Positions 27,591 through 41,689 of a stretch of 64,000 nucleotides of DNA are shown here, piece after piece. Source of the stretch: the human T2T-CHM13v2.0 reference genome, Homo sapiens; assembly GCF_009914755.1 (NCBI RefSeq), contig NC_060937.1; one strand, given 5' to 3'. The position numbers were made by a program, and so were the translations under genes. The stretch's first letter is position 1. Every line of letters begins with the position of its first letter. The notes beneath the pieces are model-generated. The model made no database searches and was not told the origin of the DNA. It saw only the letters and a list, made by a program, of their open reading frames with translations.

Positions 27591-28345
27591 CCCAGTCATC
27601 CATGATTTCTTATTGCTGCTGTAGTACACTGACAGTGTGTTCTTACTGATATGCTTGAAGGCCCTGGATTTCCCACTGTGCCAGAGCACAAAGGGCTTCA
27701 ATTTGTATCCTGCAACATTTCCCTCAAACAGACTGCTATCTTGTCTTTAAAGTCTTGAAACCTGGCATTGACTTGGACTCTTTATGGGTGAAAGTCCTTT
27801 CAGGCATTTGTTTCCAGAATAGGGAGCTCTCATCACGTACTGGAAGATCTGCTCTGGCAAGTAATTTTCCTTCACAATCAGCTTATCTAGTTTCAAAAAG
27901 TTCTTCAGCTACCTTCACATCAGCACTTGCAGACTCACCACACACTTTTATATTATGTAGTAAATAGTGGTTCTTGAATTCTTTGAACCACTCAGAGCTG
28001 GAAGTAAATTCAACATAGTAGTTGGGGTGAGTCTTTTCTTCAACATAGCAAAATTTTTCTTTTGGCCATGATCATCATGGTGCTGAAACGGACACATTTC
28101 TCTGTCAGGTCTTCAACCGAGGACTTTAGAAGTTTCTCCATATCTAATATAGGCCCTTCTGAAATTTTGTTAATCTCCTTGTTCTAGTTCTTCAAGATCA
28201 TTGCTATGGTGGAATGGGACATGTCTGACTGGTGAGTAATCACTTCATCGCCCTTAATCATTTTAAATTTTGTGTCCAAGTCAGTCACTCAACTTGACCT
28301 CTTACTGGCAACATTAACAGTGGATTTTTTAGTTTAGGGGCCCTG
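27591..28345 (-). pseudogene. Tigger3 transposase remnant, N-terminal HTH and first catalytic Asp region
   Basis: The minus strand reads ..DESSLFWKQMPERTFTHKESKSMPGFK.. and ..YYSSNKKSWMT. Confidence 0.85.
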
Positions 28346-28481
28346 ATAAACAAAACTAGAAAAGATTAAATCAAGCACAAGAGAAAATGATGGAATCCAG
28401 AGATGAGATAAACATGAGATGCATAAGGCTGCTGCTGGGGTAACATGACACACTTTTTCACAATAAAGTTTTTAAAAGTAG

Positions 28482-28839
<358 letters not shown>

Positions 28840-28894
28840 TCACTTATTATCATTATCAAGTATTATGTACTGTACATGATCATATGTGTTATAT

Positions 28895-29191
28895 TTTGTT
28901 TTTGTTTTTGAGACAGGGTCTCACTCTGCTGCCCAGGCTGAGAGTGCAGTGGTATAATCATAGCTCACTGCAGCCTTGATCTCCTGGACTTAAGCAATCT
29001 TCCTACCTTTGCCTCTCTCCCAAGTAGCTGAGACTACAGGTATGCACCACCAGGCCCGGCTAATTTTTAAATAGTTTTTATAGAGATGAGGTTTTGCTAT
29101 GTTTCCTAGGCTGGTCTCAAACCCCTAGCCTCAAGTAATCCTCTGGCCTTGAACTCCCAAAGTGCTGGGACACAAGCATGAGCCACTGCAC
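28895..29191 (-). mobile_element. AluJ inside Tigger3
   Basis: J-type dimer. No TSD is visible. Confidence 0.9.
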
Positions 29192-29320
29192 AAACAGATG
29201 AGTAATATGTTGCACTATGAAGTTATCACAGCTGTGATGTTCCTAAGTGATAGGAAATTTTCAGCTCCATTATTATCTTATGCAGTGCATCATTGACCAA
29301 GATGTCATTATGTGGCACAT

Positions 29321-29323
<3 letters not shown>

Positions 29324-29362
<39 letters not shown>
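29324..29362. repeat. (GT)n microsatellite abutting the Tigger3 TIR
   Basis: About 19 perfect units. Confidence 0.95.
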
Positions 29363-29365
<3 letters not shown>

Positions 29366-30858
29366 ATTTACAAGACATAGTGTAGGTCTTTTAATATATG
29401 GTAAAGACTGTTAAGTACTACACTGCATCATTACATTAGGGGGGTCACATAGCTTAAGATTTGTTTTGTTACATTATGATATATCACTCTGTTCAGCTTA
29501 ATAGTGACAATCGAATTCAAATCTGGGCATCCTCTCTTTGCCTTTGTTATAGTAGTGAGAGGAGATTTTGGAGATTTATTTTAATCTTTGACCCTTGATA
29601 CTGCAACCCAAACCTTTCTTTTACTGGCTATTTAAAGGGTATCTAGGCCAATGCATATTCCTAGTTTCCACAAACTATTAAGAGTGAGGCAATTTTTTTT
29701 GGATTTGAAAAAACGAACTGTGAAATATTTGATTTCTTGAAGCTTGGTGGTTCGAATGGAAGGCAGGAAGAGAGGCAAGCGTCTTGTAGCATGGTCCTGG
29801 AGATTCAGGCAAAATTCTTTCTCCATTCTTGGCCATATTCCTGTCCACATCTTCATTTCCTTCATTAAATTCCTCATCATTTTCCAAGAAAGCATTAAAA
29901 CTACTTCAAAACTAGCCTTATGGAATTAAGTCTTAAACATTTAACAGTCTATTTTTTCAGAATGCTTGTGAGAATTTTTGATTTTTTTAAAAAAAAATTC
30001 TGGGTGTTTTCTTAAATGGGCCCTATACTTGGTTATTTCATTCTTATTGGTATTAATACATTTTCTGTCCGTTATTATTTTTCTCGTTTTCTTGTATTTC
30101 TTCTTTTAAGTTTTTCTTTTCTCATTATAGCATCTATTTTTTGCAGGAAATATAAATCAGGTATTTTTTCCCCTTTCCCTTCTACTGCAGAAAAACTCAT
30201 ACTTTATAAGAAGATCAGAATATGGCAGGAGAAAAGATCATGATTACAGTTTCTTTATTTGTATTAAATATTTTATCATGTACCCATAATTGAAGGCTAT
30301 GTCTTTCTATAATATAGGGTTTGCCTGGAACATGGTCACTTTCTAAATATCATTTTTTTCTAAGGTTTGTAAATACATTAAGACATACATGATTTACATT
30401 TTGCAGAGTAAAGAAAGGACATTTTTTTTCAGTTTCCAAAGGAACCATTGAGTATGTTTAACTTGAAGTGGTTAACAAGCCATTCCTATATCACAACTGC
30501 TCAAAAGTCTTCATCCTGCTTTTATATTATTTTCAGATCCTGAAGAACATAGAAACATATTTTGAGTGTTTATTATTTTACACCAATATAATTTTATTAT
30601 ATATTTTTGTATAATACTGCATTCTCTACATACCACCCAAGTTATGCTTTCCAGCGAAACATGGAAAACAAAAATATAAAAATATTTTAAAAAGGACAAA
30701 GAAATCATCACAGATAAATCAAAGAGTATACAATTATTCTGGAGAAAAATGCATTTTATATTATTATCTTTTCCTGGCCATCTAATATGTTTAGGTAATC
30801 AAATGCTAAGCTTCAATGGATTGGACGGGGGCAGAGCTTTGTTAAGAATGGATATATA

Positions 30859-31481
<623 letters not shown>

Positions 31482-31499
31482 TTAATAGTAGAGGAGAAC

Positions 31500-32712
31500 T
31501 GGTGTGAAGGGTTTGAAGATGTTTACCAAATATCAGCATTCACTCATGTGTTCTGCCATGTGAAAATAAGAGAACAACAACAACAAAAAACATGTTTCCA
31601 GACTGCCTGTTAGCTAGTATTCTATGTGGCAATTCGTTTCTACAAATTGGGTGCGCTTATATAAGATTTATGTGGTGGAAATGAATCACAGCCCAATTTT
31701 CTGTGATTATTCTTTTTCTAGCAGTTAAGCTTGTGATGATATAAAGTTTTGCATCAAAAATATTTCAGTGTCTAGTCTCCAGTTTTGTGGCTGTCTTAGA
31801 TTCCTGATTGTTGAATTGTTGATTGTTGCATTGGTGATTATGGGGTTTTAAATATTCATCTTTATAATTTTATACTGAATACACACAAGATATATTCTGA
31901 GTCAGAGTCAGATTTCTTATTAACCTTCATACTAAATAATAAGTGTACTGGTTTCCTCATTGTGCCATTGTTTACCCCTAGCATGATGCAATGGAGTCAG
32001 TGAAAACCTTTCCTACCCCAGTATCTAGACACTCCATAGGTGAAGGGTAAAGAAATATTATTTGTCCCTCCTTACAAAGGAAAAGGAGGCAGCTGTCCCC
32101 TTCTCTTCCTAAAAGGATCTCCTTGGAAATGGAATGGGGCTAAACTGTAACTCCACCTCTTCGGTCCCTCTACTTTTATGACTTAGTGTTCTGGACTCTC
32201 AACCCTTTTGAAATATAAATACATAGAGAGATAACACTCCAATCTTTCTGGCAACCTGGGGCTTAACCTAGGGACCTACTCTGAGCTGCAACCAGTTGAT
32301 CCCCTCAGGGAACTAAAAGTTTTAGTATCTTTTATATGTGATCTATTAACCAGACAAATGACTATAGATCTAATTCTTATGGCCCATGAAGAATCTCAGG
32401 AAGCTAGGGCTTTTAAAAAGGGGACACTTGAAAATTTCTCCACAGTGGTTGATTTTGTTGTTTAATCACCATTTTACTTATTATATTATTTTACTTTAAT
32501 TCCAGCCTTCTTATTTCCCTTTTTGATTGTGCCAGTGATATTAGCTCCTTGGAAGTTTATTTCTGCTATGTTCTGAATATTACTTCAGGAGTTCCAGTCT
32601 AAAGACTTTTTTTTTTCCTGTAGCTCATACAATGATTTTTATAATCCCATACTCTCCTATATGAAATTCTGATTAAAATATCTAGAGTGGTTTTGGGTTT
32701 TTCACTAAACTA
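31500..32712 (+). mobile_element. LTR33-like ERVL LTR, interrupted at about 31850-32510
   Basis: 5' part tttccagactgcctgttagctag and 3' part aatgatttt..taaaatatctagagtggttt. Confidence 0.55.
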
Positions 32713-32744
32713 GATTTTTTTTTTGTTTCTTAATAAAATAAATT

Positions 32745-32871
32745 AAAGTTATTGTAGAAACATGTCTCAACATGTTGCCCAGGCTGATCTCCAACTCCTG
32801 GTCTCAAGCTATCTTCCTGCCTTGGCCTCCCAAAGCGCTGGGATTACAGACGTGAGCCACCACACCTGGCC
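32745..32871 (-). mobile_element. Alu left-arm monomer (FLAM_C-like)
   Basis: Single arm ending ccaccacacctggcc. Confidence 0.85.
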
Positions 32872-33649
32872 TAACTTGCATGTTTTTGAGTGGTGACATT
32901 TGGTCTCCTAAGAACTTCAGTCTTTCGTTTCCTGTTTCTCTCTCTCTTTCTAATTGACTGAGACTTTTCTTTGAGTTACATTTAAACCCAGAGAGGTGGA
33001 GAACCAGGACAGGACCCAAAGGAGAGAGAACATTGAACTCAATTGCCATCAACATACTTCAGGAGAGCTCTAGGTTAAAGGGACAGAGAACAGGAGACTT
33101 GAAGATTTTATTGCAGTCATCTACCTATCTTTTAAAAATGGGGAAGGGGGCAGAATGATATGGGAGAAGTATATGTCAATGAATGCTTTGATTTTTGCTT
33201 AAGCATTCAGGTTCACATATGCGTAGAACCAGAGCATTGCACAGACACCAGGAATATGGAACTTTCCTGCAAATGCTTTCCCCTCCACTACCAAATGCAA
33301 ATTAACTGATTATTGATTTTTTCAATACTATTTATAATATTGGAGTTGGCTTATTTAAAAATTTATGATTTGTCATTTTTTCTCTCTTTTTCTCCTCTCT
33401 TATTCTTTTCTTCAAGCTAAGTGTGATTAGATGGCTTCTTTTATTGTTTTTCTGAGTATGAAAAATAGGATAGAATGCTTAGAAAATACAACATGTGTCG
33501 ACAAAAGCTATTTTTAAAAATGACCAGGAATGTAACATCCAAATGAAAACTACCCTGAATCTTTGGTATTCACTGTCTTTTGACCTTTTTTTTTTCCTAC
33601 CTTTTCTGTATGCCAAACATGCACAAGCATGCAAAATTATTCTTGTAAA

Positions 33650-34900
33650 ATTAAATTTGTATACTGAATTTTTAACTGAATAACATTACATAAGCATTTT
33701 CTTATATCATTTTCTTCAAACATATGTTTTCTAACAGCTAAATAATATTGAACTTTGTGTAATGAATATTACCCGTCTAATAGTTTTCAAAGAGAAGAAT
33801 ACTTAGGCTAATTTTTTCTTCATAAAAACAGGATAGCGGATTTTATAGTACATAAAATTCTGATCTCATCTCTAAATGTTCCCTTAGGAAAATCTTTCAA
33901 GTTGAATTACCAAATTAAAATGTATAAAATTTAAAATGTTTAAGTTATAGTGCTAAATTTTCTTCAGAAATGTCATAATATTTTACATAAATGGCTAACA
34001 AAAATAGTACAGTATAAAAGCACACATTTCATCACATCCTCCACAATCACGGGCATTATAATTCTTTATTAATATAATGAATTTATATGTAAAAATGTTG
34101 TTACATAGTTTTATTATTTCATATTTTCTGGATTTTTAGTGCAGTTAAATTTTATGAATTTAAATTTTGCCTCTGACATTTGGCTATTTAAATCATATGC
34201 CCATTTTTATTGGTATTTTTTCTTATTCCTTTAAAATACTGGTGTTCTTTATATAGTCAGGTTATTTAAGCTGATATTTTTATATATGTGAAAATATTTC
34301 TCCTGATTTCTACTTTAATTTTCTTATATAATTATTATCAGTATATAGGCTATTTTAATTTTTATTACATGCTATCAGTTTTATTTAAAACTTCTAAATT
34401 TACTTTAATGTAAACATTTAAAATTGAACAAGAGATAAATATTTGCTTATCTATTCAGCTAGCATATTTGAGGTTTTACTTACCTTTTAAATCCATCTAG
34501 CATTTATTTTATTGTATGTTGACAGGTAAATGACCTACTCTTGGCATTATGTTTTGAATATTTTATCCTTTGTTCAAGGTTTTAAAATTTGAGCTGTCTG
34601 AAATTTTTTTCTCATATATTTTCCTGTTTATCTATGATCCCACTGACATTTTGCCATTTTAAATTTTGTCCTTCAAAAAATGTTTTGAATGGTTATCTTT
34701 ACAAGCTCTTATTCACCTTCTTTTTCCCCACTATTTTGTTTTTATCAAATGTCTATTCAACAGAAAGAAATTTAACTTCATATATAATTTGAGAATTTGC
34801 ATTAAAATCAGAATTTGATATTGTGTTAATTACCAATTTTATGATAAAATACTTTGCATCCAATAAGATTATTTTGTTATTTCTCATACTGGAAATAATT
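33650..34900 (-). mobile_element. Highly decayed L1ME
   Basis: T-rich, with degenerate L1 3' motifs (atttcatcacatcctccacaa; tatgcccattttt). Confidence 0.55.
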
Positions 34901-35369
34901 GGATTGTTCTTCCACCTCCACCCCTCTTCCTTTTTTATCTATAAATATGTTGGACTCTGATCTATTGTCAAACCAACAATTTCATGTTTTCATTAACAGT
35001 TATTGTTGATGAAATGCTGATTTACAGGTTTATATCTTGACAGCTAGTTTTGTGTCCATTAATAAAGGCAACATGCTTCAGATACCTGTAACTATATTAA
35101 ATCATAAAACAAGATTATGTGTAGACCTGAGAATTCTGAGTTGAAAAAAGCAGAAAGAATTCTGATTCTAACCACTTTGTGACAAATTTGAAAGCATTAA
35201 AGAAGAGCAATACTCCAGGATACCCAGGAGTACTGGAAAATCCAGTCTAAAAGCTGCTTTACCAGAAATCCTCTCTTAATCACGTCATTGTTCTGCTCCC
35301 TCAGGAATTATTGTGGCCATTGTTGGGCCTCAACTTCCTTCTCTTCAGTTTCCATAAAAAATCTTTAAT

Positions 35370-35760
35370 TCAATCACTTATTCATTTTTTGTTAAATATT
35401 TATGAAGGCCTACTACTCTAAACATAGAAGATACATTATATGAGACAAAGTCCTAACTTCATATTGAGTGGTCAGAGAACTTTTCGGTGAGGAGAGCAAA
35501 ACCAAAATGTCATGGAGAAAGAACATTCATAACTTAGGGGAAAGCAGTACAAAGCTCTAGGGCAGAAACACATTGAGAGCATTTACTTAACAGAAAGAAG
35601 ACCAGTGTTAATAGAATATAATTAGAGATGGCAAAGATGACATGAGAAAAGGTGAAAGAGGAGAAATACATCACATCATATCATATTATGTAAGTGTTAG
35701 GGGAGGGATTGTAGGTTTTCTAAACCCAGAAGTGACAAGATCTAAATTATGGTCTCCTAA
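35370..35760 (-). mobile_element. L2 fragment
   Basis: ttcaatcacttattcat..aaatatttatgaaggcctacta is the antisense L2 3' end. Confidence 0.65.
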
Positions 35761-36271
35761 ATGTCCTCAGCCTTACTAGATAAGGTCTCTTATTTTAGTA
35801 ATATATATTTTTAATGTTCCTTTACTAGCTGCCATGCAATTCATAAATCTTATAATCTATGCACAAGTATAATATTCAAAATAAATTAATACAGTGCCTC
35901 TGCTGCTAAATAAGGAAGGAATGAAATTTAAAATAATATATACCCAAACGTGAAAATAATATCATGAAATCACTATCAGGTGCTTGCATTTACCTATATT
36001 AATCTGTCCAAATTTAAAAGAGCTAAGAAGATTAGGTACCACTACATTAAAGAATTAATGAAAAATAGAATAAGTAGAGTTGTGGGTGCTAGGATGAGCA
36101 ATCACAGGCTAAAGTGATTTTTATATAAAAAGAGAAAGTGAGACATTTGTGGGGGGATATGAATAATCTTGAGATAGAAATAACATTATGAGGTAAAATA
36201 TAATGTTTTGAAATGAAAAAATGATTTGTCTTGCAAATGAGTAGTATAATTCTGTTGAACAAAATTAAGGC

Positions 36272-36777
36272 TGTTGAAGCAGAAATAATTTGGCAAAGGT
36301 TTATTGGAAGCCAAATGTGAGGATCAACCTGAGAAGACACACCAACAAAGTTGAGCATGCTCCAAAGTCTGTTACAAGTTGGAATGCTTTTAGAGGAAAG
36401 TTTAGGAGAAAAGAAGGGGACTCATTTCAAAGGTTATTGTTTTTTTTCTGTTTTTTTTTTTTTTTTTTTAATTTGAGAATACAATACAGAGGCTACAATC
36501 ATTGGTTTCAGATGACAACATACAGGCTAAAATGTTTTACCTGCAAGAAAATTAGTAAAACTTCATGATTCAGAAATATATCAGTGTCCTTTTCAATATC
36601 AGTGGTATATTAGTCAGTACATCAACAGTTTGAGGAACTCATAGTAAGATTCCAGGGACTCATTCACAATAAGACTCTTACTTGGGGACAGTCTATAAAC
36701 CATGAATCATAAGACCTTCCCCACACAGTTATTTTGGAAGTCTGATAGATGTGACCTGTAGATGATCAGTTTCAAAA
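36272..36777 (-). mobile_element. ERV1 solo LTR (MER4-group-like)
   Basis: tgttgaa...tttattggaagccaaatgtgagga gives an antisense AATAAA near the end. About 500 bp. Confidence 0.6.
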
Positions 36778-36821
36778 CATATTTATACGTTGTCATTTAT
36801 CAGGTATATGTTTTGCAAATA

Positions 36822-36945
36822 CAGTTGGCCTCTGCATCTGCAGATGCTGAACCTGTCATTTTATGTACAGAACTTGAGCATCAACTGAGTTTGGTGTCCT
36901 TGGGGATCATGGAACCAATCTCCTACAGTTGTAGAAAAATAACTG
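36822..36945. mobile_element. Internally deleted MER2-like Tigger MITE
   Basis: ta-cagttggcc ... acttgagcatc..ggaaccaatc...aactg-ta. Confidence 0.7.
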
Positions 36946-37095
36946 TATTTTCTCCCAGTTTGTGGCTTCTCATGCTTTCTTATTTTCTCAACAGCCTCAT
37001 TCTAGAACTTTTATAGTTTTGTGTTTTACATTAGGGTCTATGATCCTATTTTGATTAACTTTCTGTGAAAGGAGTAAGGCCAGTTCCTAGATTTC

Positions 37096-37135
<40 letters not shown>

Positions 37136-37155
37136 TGCGCGCGCGCACACACACA
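37096..37155. repeat. (TG)n(CG)n(CA)n alternating purine-pyrimidine tract
   Basis: 60 bp of uninterrupted RY alternation. Confidence 0.95.
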
Positions 37156-38464
37156 GTGGACATTATGTTGTTCCATCAGTATTTGTTTAAAAGATTATAC
37201 TCTCCCCATTTAATTGTCTTTGCTCCTTTTTCAGTAATCAGTTGACTCTATTTGTGTGGATATATTTCTGTCCTCCAGTTTTTTTCTGCGGATCTATTTG
37301 TCCATTATTTTATCAACTCCCACTGACTTGAATACTGCAGCTTTATAGTAAGACTTGAAGTTGTGTGGTGTCAATTCCCTTACATTTTTTTTCTCCTTTA
37401 ATACTGTGTTGGCTATTCTGGATTTTTTGTTTTTTCATAAAACTTTAAAATCATTATGTCAATATCTTAAAAATAGTAATTTGCTGAAATTTTGACTGGC
37501 GTTTCACTGAATCTATAGATCAATTTGAAAAGAACTGACATCTAAACAAGATTGAGTCTTCTTATCCAAGAACATGGTCTATTTCTTTATTCATTTAGAT
37601 TTTATTTTCTTACTTTCATTAGAATTTTGTGGTTTTCATATATATTTTAAGGTATTTTGTTAGGTTTATTCCTAAGTAATTGATTTTTTGTGCTAATGTA
37701 AATAGCACGGTACTTTAAATTTTAAACTCCAATAAGATTGTAATTGACTTTTGTATATTAATCTTGTATTTTGCAAACTTGTTATAATTGCTTATTAGAT
37801 CCAGGAGATTCTTTTTGATCATGCCTTTGGAATATTCTATATAGACAATCATGTCTTCTATTAATAAAGACAGTTTTATTTCTCCTAATGTGTCTGTTTT
37901 TGGTCTTATTGCATTAGCTAGGATGTCCAGCATAATGTTAAATAAGAATGGTAAGGCAGGAGCTTTGCCTTGTTCCTGATCTTACTGGGAAAATATCTAG
38001 TTTCCCTTCATTAAATTTATTACTTTAGGTTTGTTTGCAGATGTTTTTTTCATGTTAAGAAAGTGCCTTTCTTCCTACATTGCTGAGATTTGTAATTATG
38101 AATAGTTGTTAAATTTGGTCAAATACTTGTTCTGTATCAATTGATATGATCATATCATGATTTTTTTCCTTTAGCTACTGACATGTATTATGTTGATTTC
38201 TGAATGTTGAACCAACCATGCATATGAATATAAATCCCATTTTGCTATGGCATATGATTATTTTTAAACATTGTTAGATTTGATTTCCTAATATTTTGTT
38301 CAGAATTTAGCATCTATGTTGATGAGAGATATTAATCTATAGTTTTCTTATATTTATCTGGTTTTGGTGTTAGTGTAATGCCAGTTGTATAAAATGAGTT
38401 AGAAAATGTTCTGTTTCTGTTTTCTGGAAGAGATTGTAAATAATTGGTATAATTTTTATAAGAT

Positions 38465-39255
38465 TATTCTTTATTTGTATACATCTATGGGATGCAAGTG
38501 TAATTTTGTTAACATGGATAAATGGCATAGTGGTGAAGTCAAGGCTCTCGGGGTGTCATACCGAGTATCATACACTATACCCATTAAATAATTTCTCATC
38601 ATCCACTCCCATCCTGCTCCCCTCGCTTCTGAGTCTCCACTATTATTCCACATGCTACATCCATGTGTACACATTATTTAGCTCCCACTTATGTGTGAGA
38701 ATATTATTTGTCTTTTTGTGTCTGAGTTGTTTACTTAAGATAATGGCCTCTAGTTCCATCCATGTTGCTGCAAAAGACATGATTGCATTCTTTTTTATGG
38801 CTGCATAGTATTCCATTATATGTGTATACTACATTTTATTTATCCAGTCATCCATTGAGGGACACTGAAGTTGATTCCATATCTCTGCTATTGTGAATAG
38901 TTACATGATAAACCCACAAATGCAGGTAACTTTTTAATATAATGATGTCTTTTATTTGGGTATATACCTAGTAGTAGGATTGCTGGATCAAATGGTAGTT
39001 CTATTTTTAGTTCTTTGGGAAATCTCCATATTGTTTTCCATAGAGGTTGGACTAATTTATATTTCTACCAACAGTATATAAGCATTCTCTTTTCTCCACA
39101 TCCTCACTGTTTGTTATTGTTTGACTTTTTAATAATATTAATTTGACTGGTATAGGATGATACCTCCTTGTTGTTTTAATTTGCATTTCTCTAATGTTAA
39201 GCATTATTTTTTAATATGCCTGTTGGCCATTTGTATGTCTTCTTTTGAAAAACAT
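38465..39255 (-). mobile_element. L1MA2/3-like 3' fragment
   Basis: tagtggtgaagtcaaggct...cccattaaataatttctcatc. Confidence 0.8.
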
Positions 39256-39269
39256 GTATAGATATGGCT

Positions 39270-39550
39270 CAGTTGTGGCAGGGAGAAAGGACTGGGAGAG
39301 GTTGGTTAAAAGATACAAAGTTACCATTAGACGAATATAATAAGTTTTGGTTCTCTATTATACAGTAGGGTAGCAAATAATCTAGTGTACATTTTAAGAT
39401 ACCTAGAAGAGTAGATTTTGAATGTTAACAGTATAAATAAATAAGTTTTCAAAGTAATAGAGGTAGTAATTATTCTGATTTGATCATTATACATGCATTG
39501 AAATATGAATAATCATGTGTTAATTATAAATGAATAATTAAAAATAAAAT
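39270..39550 (+). mobile_element. L1MA 3' end fragment
   Basis: gagaggttggttaaaagatacaaagttac..ctagaagagtagattttgaatgtt, followed by an A tail. Confidence 0.75.
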
Positions 39551-40384
39551 CAAAAGCTTTTAGTTTCATTAATTTTTCCTCCTGTTTTCTTGCTTCAAGT
39601 TTATTTTGGCTATTTCAATTTATTCTCTTCTGTCTGCTTGAGGCTAATGTTGCTCCTCTTTTTCTAGTTTATTGAAATGTAAAGTTACATTATTGATTTT
39701 AGATTTTTCTTCTTTTCTAAACATGCATTTAAAGCTATAAATTTTTTTCAAAATTGCCTTTGATGAATTCCACAAATGTTAAGTTGTATTCCTGTTTGTA
39801 TTTAGTTCAAACTATTTTTAATTTTTCTTGAGATTTCTTCTTTGACTCACATGTTATGTAGAAGTGTGTTGTTCAATATTAAAATATTTTTGAATTTTCC
39901 AAATATCCATACCCATCAGTTACTGATGTCTCATTTAATTACATTGTCATCTGAGAGCATACTTGAATTATTTATATTCTTTTAATTCTCTGTGGTGTGT
40001 TTTATGACCCAAGATGTGGCCTATTGTGGTGAATGTTTCATGTGACCTTAACAAGAAAATGTATTCTGCAGTTGCATGGAGTAAATGTCAATTAGAGCCA
40101 GGTGATTGATGGTGATTTTTAGTTCAACTATATCCTTACTGATTTCCTACCTGTTGGATCTGTCAATTACTAATAGAGATACCTTGAAGTCTCTAAATAT
40201 AATGGCAGACTTTTTATTCCTCCCTGTGATTCTCTTAGGTTTTTGCTTCACTTATTTTGATGCTCTAGTTTTAGAGACACTTTATAGATTGGCTCATCTT
40301 GGAAAACTGACCCTTTTATCACTGTGCAATACCCTTCTTTATCCCTGATAATTTCCTTGCTCTGCTGTCTCCTTTTCTGAAATA

Positions 40385-40732
40385 CAGGTTGAGTATAACT
40401 TATCAAAATATTTAGGACTGGAAGTGTTTTTGATTTTAGGTGATTTTGGATTTTGGAATATTTGCATATACATAATGAGATATATTGGAATGACAACCAA
40501 GTCTAAACATGAAACTCATTTATACTTTGTATATACTTTATACACATAGCCTAAAGGTAAATTTTAGATAACATTTTAAATTGTTTTATCAAAGAAAAAA
40601 TATTTTAATTGTGGCCCATCACATGAGGTCAGGTGTGGAACTTTTTACTTCTGACATCATGTTTGCCTTCAAAAATTTCAGATTTGGGAGTATTTCAGAT
40701 TTTAGATTTTGGGATTAAGGATGCTCAAGCTG
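40385..40732. mobile_element. Tigger4b/Zombi-type MITE
   Basis: TIRs caggttgagtat / atgctcaagctg, with TA on both flanks. Confidence 0.85.
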
Positions 40733-41364
40733 TATAGCTACTCCAGCTTTCTTTTATTGTGTGTAATAATGGTGTATATTTTTCCATCCCTTTGCTTTTC
40801 ATCTATCTGTGTACTTATTTTTAAAATGTTATAGACACTATCTATTTGGGTCTTTGATCACTCTGTGGTCAGCCTCAATCTTTCAATTGGTGTATACAGA
40901 CCATTCACATTTAAAGTGATTATCAACAAAGTTGAATTATTATCTACTATATTTATAAATGTTTTCTATTCATTGCACTTATCCTTTATTAATCTCATTT
41001 TTCTACTTTCTCTGGTTTTAGTTGAGCATTTTATATGATATCATTTTTTCTCCTCTCTTGATATATTAGGTAGTTCATTTAAAAAATTTTTTGTGGTTGC
41101 CCTAGGGTTTGTAGTATTAATTTACACTAATATAAGTCTACTTTCAAAAAGCACTATTCCACTTCACATGCAGTCAAGGTGTCTTCTACCAGAGTATTAT
41201 ATGGCTGGCTTTTATTAATTTTACTTGTTCATAAATAAAAATCGTTCAATATTGCAAGCCAGCAGTTATTTATTAGATCAATTAAGGAAAAAATTAGAAT
41301 ATTTTACAACAGTTTTATTTATTACCTATTTAAAGTCCTTTCTTTCTTTACAAGTTTCTGGTCA

Positions 41365-41689
<325 letters not shown>

